This document shows positions 12,765-25,082 of a stretch of 64,000 nucleotides of DNA, piece by piece. The DNA is from the human T2T-CHM13v2.0 reference genome, Homo sapiens, in the NCBI RefSeq assembly GCF_009914755.1, contig NC_060930.1; one strand, given 5' to 3'. Below the pieces are notes generated by a model that was not told the origin of the DNA, did no database searches, and was given only the letters and a program-made list of their open reading frames with translations. Position 1 is the first letter of the stretch. Each line of letters opens with the position of its first letter. Made by a program: the position numbers and the translations under genes.

Positions 12765-12950
12765 ACTATGTATCAGCCACTTTGCTAAGTTTTTACGTTT
12801 ATTTTCCTGCTTAATCCTTTCAAACCATCTCCAATTTAAAGATGAAGATACTGAGCCAGAGACATCTGCTAAATTGCCCAAAGTCACATAGATACCAAGT
12901 GGCATTGTTAGGGCTTGAACCTATTTGGATCCGAGCCCATGCTCTTACAT
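12765..12950 (-). mobile_element. MIR
   Basis: 'gatgaagatactgagccagaga...ttgcccaaagtcacatag...gcccatgctctta'. Confidence 0.8.
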
Positions 12951-13549
12951 AGCTTTCTATAGAGCAGATATTAGTTGGTACCATTTTGTTTTGTCCCTTT
13001 GACAGAAAGTTGACTTAAGCTAGGATAAGCAAACATGGCAATTTATTGTCTTATGTCCTCAGGAAGTCCAAGTTACGTGGATCCAGGGGCTAAAAGGATG
13101 TTGTCTGGACTCTACATTTTGCTCCATCTCTTGGCTCTGTTTCCTCTTAGCATTATTCTGCAGACAGGCTCCCTTTTATTTATTCTGCAGAGGAAGGCAG
13201 GACTCATATCTTTTGACTCAACAAGTGGAGTAGAAATGGGCTTTCCTCTTCCACAGCATTATAGCTGAATTCATTTTGTGGGAGCCCTGTTTTTAGGGCT
13301 TGAAAGGAAAGCCCTAAACTATCTAGAATTTAAATATGTACTTAATTTTTTTTTCTCTGATTCAAAGTACAGGACCTAGATAGGCCTCTTTTCTAAGCCT
13401 TAATGCTAAATTAGCTTCCCAGTAGGTGCCTAAACAGCAAAAGCAGTCTTAGGGAGGTAATAGTGTGACCTAATGCTCGTATCACTTCATCCTTCCTAAC
13501 TGCTGATCACAGACTGCCTCGAAATATGACTGTTTGTATTCCAGTCTTA

Positions 13550-13685
13550 TCTTCCTTCTTGACTATGGCTATTGGCGGGCAGGCAGGGCCCAATCTTATT
13601 TCTCTTAGTAACTCACTGCAGTTCCTGGTGCAGATTTCTGTTGCAGTGGGCACTTAGTAAGTGCTTTTGAGCAAGTTAATGAATC
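13550..13685 (+). mobile_element. L2 3' end fragment
   Basis: 'ggcagggcc...ttcctggtgcag...gggcacttagtaagtgcttttgagcaagttaatgaat'. Confidence 0.5.
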
Positions 13686-13764
13686 TGAGTCATTGTGGAG
13701 TAAAATAACCCATTGTATGCAGCACTAAAGAGTTCTCCAGTGTAATTTCCGGAAGGAACAGGCA

Positions 13765-13960
13765 CAGAACAGGATTAAAGGCATTGGTTCTGGGTCAGGC
13801 CATCTGAACTTGAGTCCTTTACCTTTTACCCTTTTAGCCTCTATACCCTTATCTGTCAAATGGAGATAGTAACATCTACCCCACAGAGATGTTTTGAGAA
13901 TATATTGTAAGCACCTGGCCCGTGGTTAGTTTTCAGTAGACATTACGTGTTATAATTATT
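13765..13960 (+). mobile_element. MIR
   Basis: 'ggattaaaggcattggttctgggtcagg...atctgtcaaatggagatagtaacatctaccccacag...gtaagcacctggc'. Confidence 0.7.
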
Positions 13961-14442
13961 GGTGTTGTTCATTGTTTTTGGTGCTAGGAGGTTACCACAC
14001 CCTATTTGAATGGTTTTGTTATGCTTATAATTGTGCCTCTATCATATATAAGAACTTAGGTCTCTTCGTGCTTGCATTGCAAAAATAAAGAAATATCTTT
14101 AAAAAAACTACTTGCTCCTTTTTATTTTATTAAAAGAATAATGTATATGTCAATAAAGTGGTTACAAAAACAGATACAAACAATACTAGTATACAGGTTG
14201 TTCTGTAAGGATCCTGATCTCAGGCATGATAAACCTGCAGCTGGTCATCTTGATAATCCCCAAAGACATTTTTTTCTTCAAGTTGACTGAATTATTTTCA
14301 CTGTGAATGTGGCCCATTTCTCTCTAAGCTCATGTTTGACTAGTGAATTTAACCTTGTCATGTTAATTCTCTTATAGTTCAGTCACTTCCTGGCACAACA
14401 TTTGATAATCTTTACATTCCAACTACATTCAAATCACTCACA

Positions 14443-14473
<31 letters not shown>

Positions 14474-14762
14474 AACTGCAGGTAGATCTACTTAATTGTG
14501 TGAGTAGGTGAAGGTAGGGTGGAGTGTGTCAAGGCTTCTCTGGAATCCACTCTGGATTTCTGGAGATGTGGGGAGTACTAGAAGTGCTTGCAGAGAGGTC
14601 TTTAGACTTGCTGCATACAGTGCAGACTCCTGAAGGAACTACTGCAGCCAGTTGCTGCTTAATTATTGCTAGTGGTTTTTGAAAATCTATGGATAAAGAG
14701 TTACCTCCAGATCAAGGTGAGAAAATGCCTTTATTGTTTTTTGCTATAGTTGCCTAATACAT

Positions 14763-15166
14763 TGCTGTGGTTTGAATGTTTGTATCCCTCCAAAATTTAT
14801 GTTGGAACTTAAATCCCAAGGTGATGATTAAGAGTGGGGTCTTTGCAAGGTGATTAGGCCATGAGAGGTCTGCCCTCATCAATGGCATTGATGCCTTTAT
14901 AAAAGAGGTTTCAGAGAGCTGCTTGGTCCTTCCATATCTTCTGCCACATGAGGACACAGTGTTCATCTTTTTTGCCCTCCCACTGTGTGAGGACGCAGCA
15001 AAATGCACCATCTTGGAAGCAGAGAGCAGCGCTCACTAGACACGAAATCTGCTGGCACCTGGAATGTGGATTTCCCAGCTTCCAGAACTGTCAGAAATAC
15101 ATTTCTACTATTTATAAATACTCAGAATATGGTATTTTGTTATAGCAGCAGGAACAGACTAAGAAA
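14763..15166 (+). mobile_element. MST/MLT1A-class MaLR solo LTR
   Basis: tgctgtggtttgaatgtttgtatccctccaaaat...ttgttatagcagcaggaacagactaagaaa, with 5-bp TSD tacat (14758/15167). Confidence 0.9.
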
Positions 15167-15184
15167 TACATTTCAATTTTTTTG

Positions 15185-15312
15185 ACCATTATCTATATTT
15201 CAAGGTATAAGAAACTAAGGCACATGAAGTTTAAGGTAACAGATCAAGTAGTAGAGCTGAGAGTTGAATTCAGACAGTTTGGCTTTAGTGTCTATTCTCT
15301 TAACCATCATAC
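15185..15312 (-). mobile_element. MIR fragment
   Basis: 'gaaactaaggcacat...agtagtagagctgagagttgaattcagacag...ctcttaaccat'. Confidence 0.7.
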
Positions 15313-16468
15313 TATAACGACATAGATGGCAAAAAAGAACACCTTTTAAAGCTTCTGTCATCTCTTCTCAGATAAATTAACTTTCTGTACCCAAATCCAA
15401 GATGAAAAATGTTAGATAAACCAAATCTCAAGCATAGAGGCTTTTCTTCTGGATGACCAAGACATTCAAATCCTTCATTTCTAGAAATGTACTCTGTAGT
15501 GTAATTAGCATTGTCTGAACTACATCTTTTCAAGGATGATATGAAGTTTTCAGGAAATGAAAACACCATGTGGGACTTCCAGAACTTGGAGTAACTTGGA
15601 GTTGATTCCCATTTTCCTTTGGAGGTGACTGGCAAATGCAATCTTTAGGAAGCTCCTCTGACCCAAGAGACATGCACACATATTTGAGTGGGATTCCAGG
15701 GCCCGTGAGCCAGCAGTTTTCCCAAGGCTTATCTCCTGTCCTGCACCATCCCAGATCTCCCTGATAGACTTCTCGGAAGTTGCTGCTCAGAAAACTAGTG
15801 ATAACAAAACAAGTTTCTTACGTTGATTTTACTAAAACTGTAAGGATAAGCTCACAACTTGTTTGACTTCTGCTTTTTATGCTTCATAACTAGAAGCATA
15901 AATCTGCACAAAGACTTCTGATGCTCATGAAATAAATATGATGTATATTGAAGTATGTTACAGATGAGGATACAAGCATTTATTACTACTGAATTGATTC
16001 CTTTCTTACACTTTTCACTCTGGTAGTGTCTCTTGGACATGCATACATTGTCTTGAGTTATAAACCTTATATATTTATGTCTTAAATAATTTATCAGTAC
16101 GTACCATATTCTATATTTAAACTCCCCTCCCTACTGTTTGCTGCCTCCTGACAAAAGTAAACTCTACGAAGCTCTTCAAACTGTATTGTTTTAGAGTAGC
16201 AAATTGTCTTTAAAACAACACACTTAAGGGACTCCCATTTTCTTTTAAGCATTTTTATAAAGAGGGTATACCACACTCACAATATTTCTGAGTAAACATA
16301 GATTTCTTGTGATGTAGTGGTTGCCATAGTAATTAATCACCTCCCAAAAAGAATAGTGGAGAATATAAATCCACGTAAATTATTCAGAACACTGGTTAGA
16401 ACTGCCCTCTGGGCACCTTGGTTTATGAGAAATTTTAGAAAAAAAAAGGATGTTTTCCTCTCTTTCAG

Positions 16469-16537
16469 CTTCATGGAAAGCAGGATAGAGAAAGCTGCTT
16501 TTGTGCTCTGATTGCCCAGCTCTCTCTCTTCCCACTG
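16469..16537 (+). other. Candidate 69-nt internal exon
   Basis: Acceptor tgttttcctctctttcag and donor CTG|GTGAGT, in non-repeat sequence. No transcript evidence available. Confidence 0.3.
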
Positions 16538-17673
16538 GTGAGTGCCAGAGGCTGAGCAGCAGTCAGGCAGCCATTGTAGCAGACAGAGAGGGCTCTTGTG
16601 ATAACAAAGTGAAAAATACGCTTGGGTGTGGTGGGCTCCATGACTTTATGAATATTCTTCATTCAGGTTCTAAACTGCTAGTGCACTTTCTAGGACCCTG
16701 CGTGAGAACGTAGAGCTCAGTGCTCACTGCTTTGGTGGATGTGCTTCTGCTTGTCCTGACCTATGTTTTGTTTCAAATTAAAGTGGAATCAGTGGACCAC
16801 TGATTTCCATTCAATGGAAATAACAAAAGTGGAAATCATTTGGAAAGTTGGCTGTTGATCATGGGTTTGCTCCGACAGAGTAAGGCATTGTGGAGGGAAA
16901 TTCATGAACTACAGAAAAAGAGCTGCAAAGGGAATGAGCCGCTGAAGGGTGATCTCCGAAATTTAAACTATACTGAGCAGTTGCTGTTGGGCATCTAGGA
17001 TAGGATTCAACTTTTTAACCGCTCCTTGTAAATCAAACCCATAGCTTTCAATTCTTTTAAAGACAGTCTGTGGTCCTCAGAAGTATGGTGCAGTTCAGCG
17101 TGGCTGATGTGAGCCATTCTTGATTGAAAGGATTTCTTACAGAAAAGCTAATGGAAACAGGTTAATAGGAAACAGGCTAATGGAAGGTGTTTTTAGCTAG
17201 GACAAATGCAGGGACTCATATTAAAAAGATACTCTGGGACAGTATTGGGGAGATACATTATGATAAGAGAATGATAATTATTAAGGATATATTTTTAGAT
17301 ATACTTAATAGTCGCAAAATAGCCTCAATAATTCATATATAGGTTTACCTCACTTTGCACAACGTATTTTAAAAGGAACTTGTAAAATGAATTCTGGTCT
17401 CAATAAAAACAAAGTTGCTTTGGCTAGAATTCAATTCTCAGTTATGAAATTCATAAATTATTATTTTAGGATTATATTTGGTTAAGATATAAATATCAAA
17501 CATATGAATTAGACAAACCATTATATTTAATGGTTTCATATAAATAAACTCTTTTCTGATATTGTACAAAACAAATGTCAAGATATGAACATTTTTAATG
17601 TTTTACTCAACGGTAAGATACAGAGTTCAGTGTATAACCTGTTAGAGCCCTCTGGTGTGAAAACTACTCACTT

Positions 17674-17975
<302 letters not shown>

Positions 17976-18123
17976 AAACTACTCACTTAACCATCTGAAA
18001 TAACTTATGCACAAATTCTACACCAAGAAAACCTATCTATCTTTTCCATTGGACAGATTTCTACTCTCATACAGCCTAGTCTTGGATTCAATGGCTTTTT
18101 AAATCCACATGATATTAATTATA

Positions 18124-18800
18124 CAGTTGATTTTTATTATTCACTGAAGTTATGCTCTATAAAGTTGCTGCAAATTAGTAAGTAAGCAAATACTGAATTC
18201 ATGAATATAGAATCATTACTCCTAGGGGAAATACAGGGTTAGGCTCTTGTGAGCTACTGATGATAACATTTTCATCAACTGATTAATACAAACCTTTTTA
18301 AAATGTGTGTTTCTGTTGAAGACAGCTTATTTAATATATATTGTTGATTCATAAACATTGAGCCACAGTCATCAGCACTATAACTCCTGCCTGAAGGAAG
18401 CTTATCTAATATATGTATTTTCTCCTTAAAGAACATCACAACCTTTTGGCACCTAGGAACCAAGACTACTACTTCAGCACTATGCTTGGTGGAGGGGAGG
18501 GTGAGCATTTAAACAGTGAAATCACCAACAAAATGCACAAAAATGTGAAACATAGCACTAAAATGACCGCAAAAAGACACTTGCTTATAGTACGAGAGCT
18601 AAAACAAGAAAGCAGAGTGTTGCTTTATTTGACCTCAGCTAGGAATGTGCATGTTGTGTGACTCAAATTTTTTGCCACTCTAGATGTATGTCTGTGAATG
18701 ATCATGAAAGTGGCAAGAGTATTGAAATGGGGTTATAAATAAGTTTTAGCAAGTAAGCAACTTCACAGTTATGGAGTCCGCAAACAATGAGGATCAACCA
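18124..18800 (+). mobile_element. MER82 (TcMar-Tigger non-autonomous DNA transposon)
   Basis: TA|cagttgat...atgaggatcaacca|TA termini. Internal 'ctcctaggggaaatacagggttagg' and 'aaacagtgaaatcaccaacaaaa'. Confidence 0.88.
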
Positions 18801-19864
18801 TACTTCTTTGAAAGTCACCTTCTCTTTGTTCAAGTATGTTTGAACAAAAAGATGTTTGTGGTTCTCTTGATTGAATTTGGTGCCCTCTCTTATGGGGCTG
18901 GTTTTCTTGAACTATTTGATGATTCCTGTATGTGCTCATTGCTGTATTTGAGATTCCTTGCTTACTCACCTGTAAATAACATTTCTGCTTACTAGGATCT
19001 GCCTTTGTTGGAGGGTGAGAGTTGGGATGTGCTGCCAAGTGTGGTGTTTAAATGCTCCTCTTCTGCATATAGGGACTTTCTGTTTCTTGTGAACACTGAC
19101 AGTCCAAGTCCCTCCAAAGTCTACTGTCCTCACATGCTGTGTAGGTCCAGGGGTGGATGCTTCTGCTATTGCTGTTGGGGGTTTGGGTAGTTGGTGGTAG
19201 GATTATAGAAGGTGTGAGGGTGGGATGTGCTAAACTGTTCCCCAGCCAATTACTGGCCCACTTCCCTAGGACTTCTTCCTGCTGCCTTGTCTGTCATCCC
19301 TGAATTTTGAGTGTCTCAGAGTTGCTCTCATCTTTGCAATTGAGTTCTCCTCCATGTTATCTGGATTGTGGTTTTCCTCATCAAAGACTGAATTCTTGTC
19401 AGTCTCGAAATCCATAAAATTTCTGTTCATCAATTCCACCCATTCTTGTTATCTAGCACTGTTGTGAATTTATTCTTTTTAAAAACAGATTTTTGGTATT
19501 TTTAGGAAATTGAGGTGGGAGTAGATAGGCATAAAGGCTTAGTCTGACATTTGGATCTAATTCCCTACTATTTTAATTAGAAAAAATTACAGTTCTTTTA
19601 AAAAAAAACTTTGTATTTTAAAAATGTTCACACAAAGATGTCTCAAATCTGGATATCAAGGCAGGATTTGCATGGAATCCTTTATTGATGGCTTATGTAG
19701 GCATCTATAAGAATAAACAAGTAGTTCCAATTTATTATTGTTACTGTTTTACTTACTGTATGATTTTATCTGCTTCAATGATTTCATAATCATTGAAAAA
19801 TGCTTTATATTAGTTACCTTTTATGTGAGCACCTTCTGCACTCTAACATGTTTGCATCATAACA

Positions 19865-20045
19865 ATGGATGCCAGACACTTTATGGTTCATTATCTCACT
19901 AAATTCTCACAGAGGTCCCATAAGGAAGTGATTGTCATTCTCATTTTGAGGATGAGGAAACATTTTCACTGACTTTAATTTACCTGTGGGTTCCAAATAA
20001 GTAGTAGAGTTGGGGTCTGATCTAATAACTCTTCGACTCCAAATT
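19865..20045 (-). mobile_element. MIR
   Basis: 'tgccagacacttt...attctcattttgaggatgaggaaac...aagtagtagagttgggg'. Confidence 0.75.
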
Positions 20046-21379
20046 TCTTCAGTCTGCCACACTCTTATGGAAGATTGGCATTCATTCCATAATGCTGATT
20101 ATTAGCTTTCTGCTTGTGTACTCATACACATAAGAATCAGGAAGGAAGGCAGCGCACTACGAGGAGTTAGATGCACATTGCAGGGACTGCGTGGTAAACA
20201 TTGAAGCATATGCTACAGCCTTCTATTATTGGGTTCTTCTTCATGTTAGAATGAATAACTATTTAAAAGTTCATCTTTCAAAACAAATTAATGCTAAATT
20301 TACTGTCATTATCAACCACTAAAAAACTCCTGCCCAAATTAAGGCATAGCAATCAAACACTTATTTAAGGAAAAGAGTTCTTTTCTCCCCAGGGTTTTTT
20401 ATTTGAATAAACAGATAATAAATCAAGAAATACTGTACCCAGCAGGCCTTTAGCTCAGAAGAGCTAAAAAATTCTCCCAGTGTCTCAACATCTATGATGT
20501 AAAAACAAAACGTAGAAGAATTATAATGATTGGATTTATGTTGGAAAAATACTGCTGCTTTTATCCTTAGAGATTATGAGTACACTGGGCAAAAACACAA
20601 GGTCCCAATGTCTAAATTCTCCATTTTGAGCTGTTCGAACTCAGAATGAACTCAAATTTAGGATAATTCCCTGCGAATTTCAGGCCAAACATCACATCCA
20701 TGTTACACCCTCTACTTGTCTTCACCCTCCAGTGCCTGATGATCTGATTAGAAGAGAAGAGTTAGGTCATACTCTCTTCCAATGTGTACCTCCTTCCCCT
20801 TATGCCACCACACACCATACTTCAGGGCATAATTTCTCTCTGTGGGTCATGGCACCATATTTAGAGACTAGTTCAATCATCTATGGCATAAAATGACATC
20901 AAAACTAAATACAAGCCTGCTGAAATCAGGCCTTAGGCAACAGGTCTAAAAAATAAACTTACGTGTTTCTTGACTTCTCTGTCTCTTTACTATTTTGGGG
21001 GGCTCTGGGGTAATATAGAGGAGATGATTTGTTGAAATCCCAAGTGTTTTTATCTCTGCTAAGTGCTAGTTACTGATCTGTCAGTCTAAGTCATCTGAGA
21101 AATGTAACATATAAGTAAATATCACTAAAATTAAACTGGATAAGTTTCATAGGACCAAAAAAAAGTCACTCTTATGATTTTGGTTAATACTGCCATACTG
21201 GATCATATTGACATTAATAACTAAACTCACTATTCGAAACCTTGATTTGTTCCAACAGAAGCTTATCTCTTCTGGCAAACTTTCAGGAGTTGCCTCACAC
21301 ACCTCACAAGCCAGTCAGGAACCCCCTGTGCTGCCTCCTCATGCATTCTCTGCAGGGCTCACTGCCCCCAGCCCACCTG

Positions 21380-21435
21380 CCCCCCTGATTGGCATTTTGC
21401 CAGCAGGAGGGGCGGATTCCTGCTGAGTCACTAAG
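21380..21435. promoter_or_regulatory. Candidate cis-regulatory module (CCAAT/NFI, GC box, ARE)
   Basis: ctgattggc (21385), ttggc-N5-gccag (21389-21403), ggggcgga (21409) and tgctgagtca (21421), all within 50 bp. Confidence 0.5.
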
Positions 21436-21857
21436 GCTCCTGAGAAGCTTCAGCCTGCTCCTGACAGCTTGGCCATCTCTTGGGAAGTGGGAAGGAAGAT
21501 GTTTTCTTCCTTTTTGGTAATTCTCAGTGGTGAAGGGCCCAGAACAAGGGTTCTTGGGTCCAAACTATGGCAGAGTTGAGTGGGATGGCTTTGCCAGGTC
21601 ATACTTAGTTCTTTGCCTGCCTGGGATATACGCACATCACAAGGTAGCTTTGTCTGAATAGATTTAAGTGCCAGCTTACTGAATGCTATCCCCCTCCCCC
21701 GCCCTCAGGCCTCTGGCTTGCTGTGTTAGACAACTTCTGCTCCTAAAAATAATTTTGTTTTACAGGCAGTCCCCTCTGTCCTCCCTGAATCCAGTGTCCA
21801 TTCCTTTTACTTCCGAAGTTCTACCAGATATGCCTGTATGTGCTTGAATTCTTGTTC

Positions 21858-22075
21858 TTTTTTTTTTTTTTTTTCCGGAGACAGCCTCCTGCTATGTCAC
21901 CCAGGCTGGCATGCAGTGGCGTGATCATGGCTCAAAATCTTGAGCTCAAATGATCTTCCTGCTTCTTCCTCCCAAGTAGCTGTGACTACAGGCACGCATC
22001 ACCACAACTGGCTAATTTTTAAAATTTATTGGTATTATTTTGTAGAGACAGGGTCTCACTGTCTTACCCAAGCTA
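21858..22075 (-). mobile_element. 5'-truncated AluJ
   Basis: Poly-T, right arm and part of the left arm. Flanking repeat cttgaattct (21843/22078). Confidence 0.9.
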
Positions 22076-23244
22076 TACTTGAATTCTGAGCAGAGACATG
22101 ATTCAAATGTTTCCACTACCCCACCAAGGCCTTTCAACCCTAATGAATATCAGTAGATGCAAATGTGTCATTTTGAGAAAAAGCAGCGCTTAGCTCTATT
22201 TCCCAGACAGATCTGAGTCTGACTTCACCCCAGCCAGGGACTGCATGTGATTTTTGCATTTATTTATTTTCCTCGGGTTCTTGCCCTTCCTCTGATACTT
22301 TTATGTTTAAACAGCAAGTTAAGGTATGCTAAGATTCTGTGGCCATTCTGGATCTTGATCTTCTGTAACCCTCAATACATCTTTGAAATTTTCTGACACT
22401 GAAGGTTACTAAAAAATTTCAGAGTCAGTTGGAATCCAAGTAATACTTTTGTCCTAATAGTTTCCTGAAAAGTACCAGTTAAAAAGGACCTAAAGGGAAT
22501 AAACCCGGAAATATAACAAGGACATCTTACTGTGGAGTTGATGGAAGAGAAAAATAGGGAGGAGATGGTTTTTTAAAGAAGTGAAAGGTTATGCTTTTTT
22601 TTTCACTTACTTTCTTTTGTTAAATTAGGAGAGTTCTCCTTTTAAATTAGCCCAGAGAGGTAGGACCAAGCAAGTGGAGTGGGGACAGGTCATTGCATCC
22701 TTGTTGCCTGGTGGGGTCAGAGCGGTGGAGGGTCCTCACACACTTTTCCTCAGGTCCTATAGCCCTGTGGCCCAGCACAGCATGGAAGGTAGAATGGGCA
22801 AATGAATGTGCATGACTTCAGTTGTCTTCATGCCAGTCTAGGAGCACACAGTGGGTGCTCTTTTAAGGCAGCCTTTACCTTGCTGATTAGAGAGACCCTG
22901 CTGTCAATTAGCCATGGCAATATAACCAAGTACATGGAGGCACTATGCAAGAAAACCATTTTTCATTTCAAAATGAGTATCTTAGAGGGAGAGAAATACA
23001 TAAGGGTCAATAGCTCTTTCTGTGCTGATTGCTTTTGATTCGTTATATATCTGTTTGTTTAATACCTAGAGGGATCAAAAACAACAAAACAAGCACGAGT
23101 CTTCTATTCACTGTTGGGGGATAGCCATAGGTACTTTTTGTTGAAGTGCTGATGGAGGATGGAGTGTTCTTTCATTACTGAGGGTCATCTGGGACATTTA
23201 ATCTATACTAGGACTGTCTGTACGTGCTGCATTTGTTCTTGCTT

Positions 23245-23477
23245 ATTTATTCATTTATTTATCTATTTATTCAGCATTATTGAAGCATAACTGACGTATA
23301 AAAATAGAACTACCATGTGATCCAGCAATCCCACATCTGGTTGTATATACAAAGAAAAATAAATCAGTATCTCAAAGAGATATCTGTACCCCCATGTTCA
23401 TTACAAGATTATTCACAATAACCAAGACATGGAATCAACCTGTGTTCCGCAACAGATAAATGAATGGAGAAGATGTG
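23245..23477. mobile_element. Old L1M fragment with an internal inversion
   Basis: 23245-23303 resembles an antisense L1 tail (ttattgaagcataactgac). 23302-23477 is a sense ORF2 end ('aaaatagaactaccatgtgatccagcaatcccac'). Confidence 0.7.
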
Positions 23478-23797
23478 CTTTTTTTTCTCCTTTCTTTTTT
23501 TTTGTGTGTGTGTGTGTGACAGGGTCTTACTCTGTCACCCAGGCTGTAGTACAGTGGCATAATCACAGCTCCCTGCAGCCTCCACCTCCCAGGCTCAGGT
23601 GAACCTCACACCTCAGCCACACGAGTAGCTGGGACTACAAGCACATGCCGCCACACCCATATAATTTTAGTATTTTTTGTAGAGATGGAGTTTTGCCATG
23701 TTGCCAAGGCTAGCCTCAAACTCCTGGACTCAAGTGATCCACCCACCTGGGCCTCTCAAAATGTTAGGATTACAGGTATGAGCTACCATGCCTGGCC
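23478..23797 (-). mobile_element. AluJ
   Basis: Full dimer, antisense, with a T/(TG)n tail. Flanks aagatgtgcttttt / aagatgtggttttt. Confidence 0.95.
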
Positions 23798-24904
23798 CAA
23801 AGATGTGGTTTTTTAGATTATTTCACACATCTGAAAACTTCTCTTCAAAATACAAAATGGCAACTTGCATTTATATTTATATGATGCTCACTGTTACCTG
23901 AAGGCTGCATGTCAAATTTGATCCCTGGTCATGGTTTATCTCCTTCTTTGTTATTTTAAGACTTGGTGTCCCCATGTTGGCTATGCTGTTTACATTTGGG
24001 TTTAAGAATTTAAACATATTTTTCTGATTTATAGATTCCATATTAAAGAAAGTGTTTCTTGAAGCAAAATGAAAGCTCTAGTACCTCTTGAGAAAAACCT
24101 GTATTTAGAATCAATTATTTTTAGTTTTTTTGGGTTAGATGAGAAAACATATTGGAAAGAGTTTCTGGTATTTAAAAGTTTTTAGAAGGAAATGAGTCCT
24201 TCCACATTGTGTACATTCATGGTAAAGCTCTATCTTTACTATTCAGTTCTATGATCAAGATAGACAGGCTTACTGAATAGGGGTCACATCTTTGATGAAA
24301 CTATGAAGCCAAAGCCATTCAGTAACAATAGCAAAACCAATAGCAAATACTACAACAATGACCCTTCAAGTAAACCAGGAATCATAGAGGTGTCAGGGAC
24401 ATCTTACCTAGTTGTGACATGCCTACTTACCTTTAAGCCAGTGGATTTCATTCTTTTCTTTTATACAATATTATATTTGCCTTTGGAGATTATTGATTTG
24501 GTTACTAATATTGCAATAGATTAGTTTTCAGTTAAGAAACAAATTCATTCCATGGGGTGAATTGTTCAAGTATCACTAAAAATTTGAGCCTATATTTAAA
24601 CACCATTTATATTTAATAGTGTTTCTTGTTTACTTGAAGCTTTTCCGAAAGAAAACAGTCCTGCTCCCCCAATCCCCGATGTGGGATTCCCCATCCACAT
24701 ATGGAAAACCTGGATAAAATTAGCATGACTCAGTAGTTGTTGTTGATCACCCTGGAGTTATCTAAGCAGATATTCTTCTTCATTGTATCATCATTAGGTT
24801 AATAGTAACCTTATATTTGAATACATCTGTGTGCCAGGAAGACCTTTTTCTCAAGATCTTAAGCATCATTGTCATGGAGGAGAGTAAAGTGTCAGAAAGG
24901 TCAA

Positions 24905-25082
24905 TGACATGTATTTTATCAAAATTATCATTTAATACTCTCAACAACACTTTGCAGTATCACATCTTTTTACAGACATTGATACTTACCCAGCAGAACC
25001 TCAGTCACTTGTTTAAGATGATGCAGCTGGTGGTAGAGTGGGCTTGAATTCGAGTCTCACTGACACCAAGGCCCATGCTCTT
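24905..25082 (-). mobile_element. MIR
   Basis: 'tcatttaatactctcaacaac...ttttacaga...gctggtggtagagtgggcttgaattc...gcccatgctctt'. Confidence 0.75.

Noticed and set aside
16787-16805. Short hairpins (aatcagtgg-a-ccactgatt; also 45396-45429 and 58238-58264)
   Set aside because: Arms of 8-9 bp are near chance expectation in 64 kb.
18964-18972. Perfect - strand donor CAG|GTGAGT
   Set aside because: Isolated 9-mer with no matching acceptor identified. Chance occurrence is plausible.
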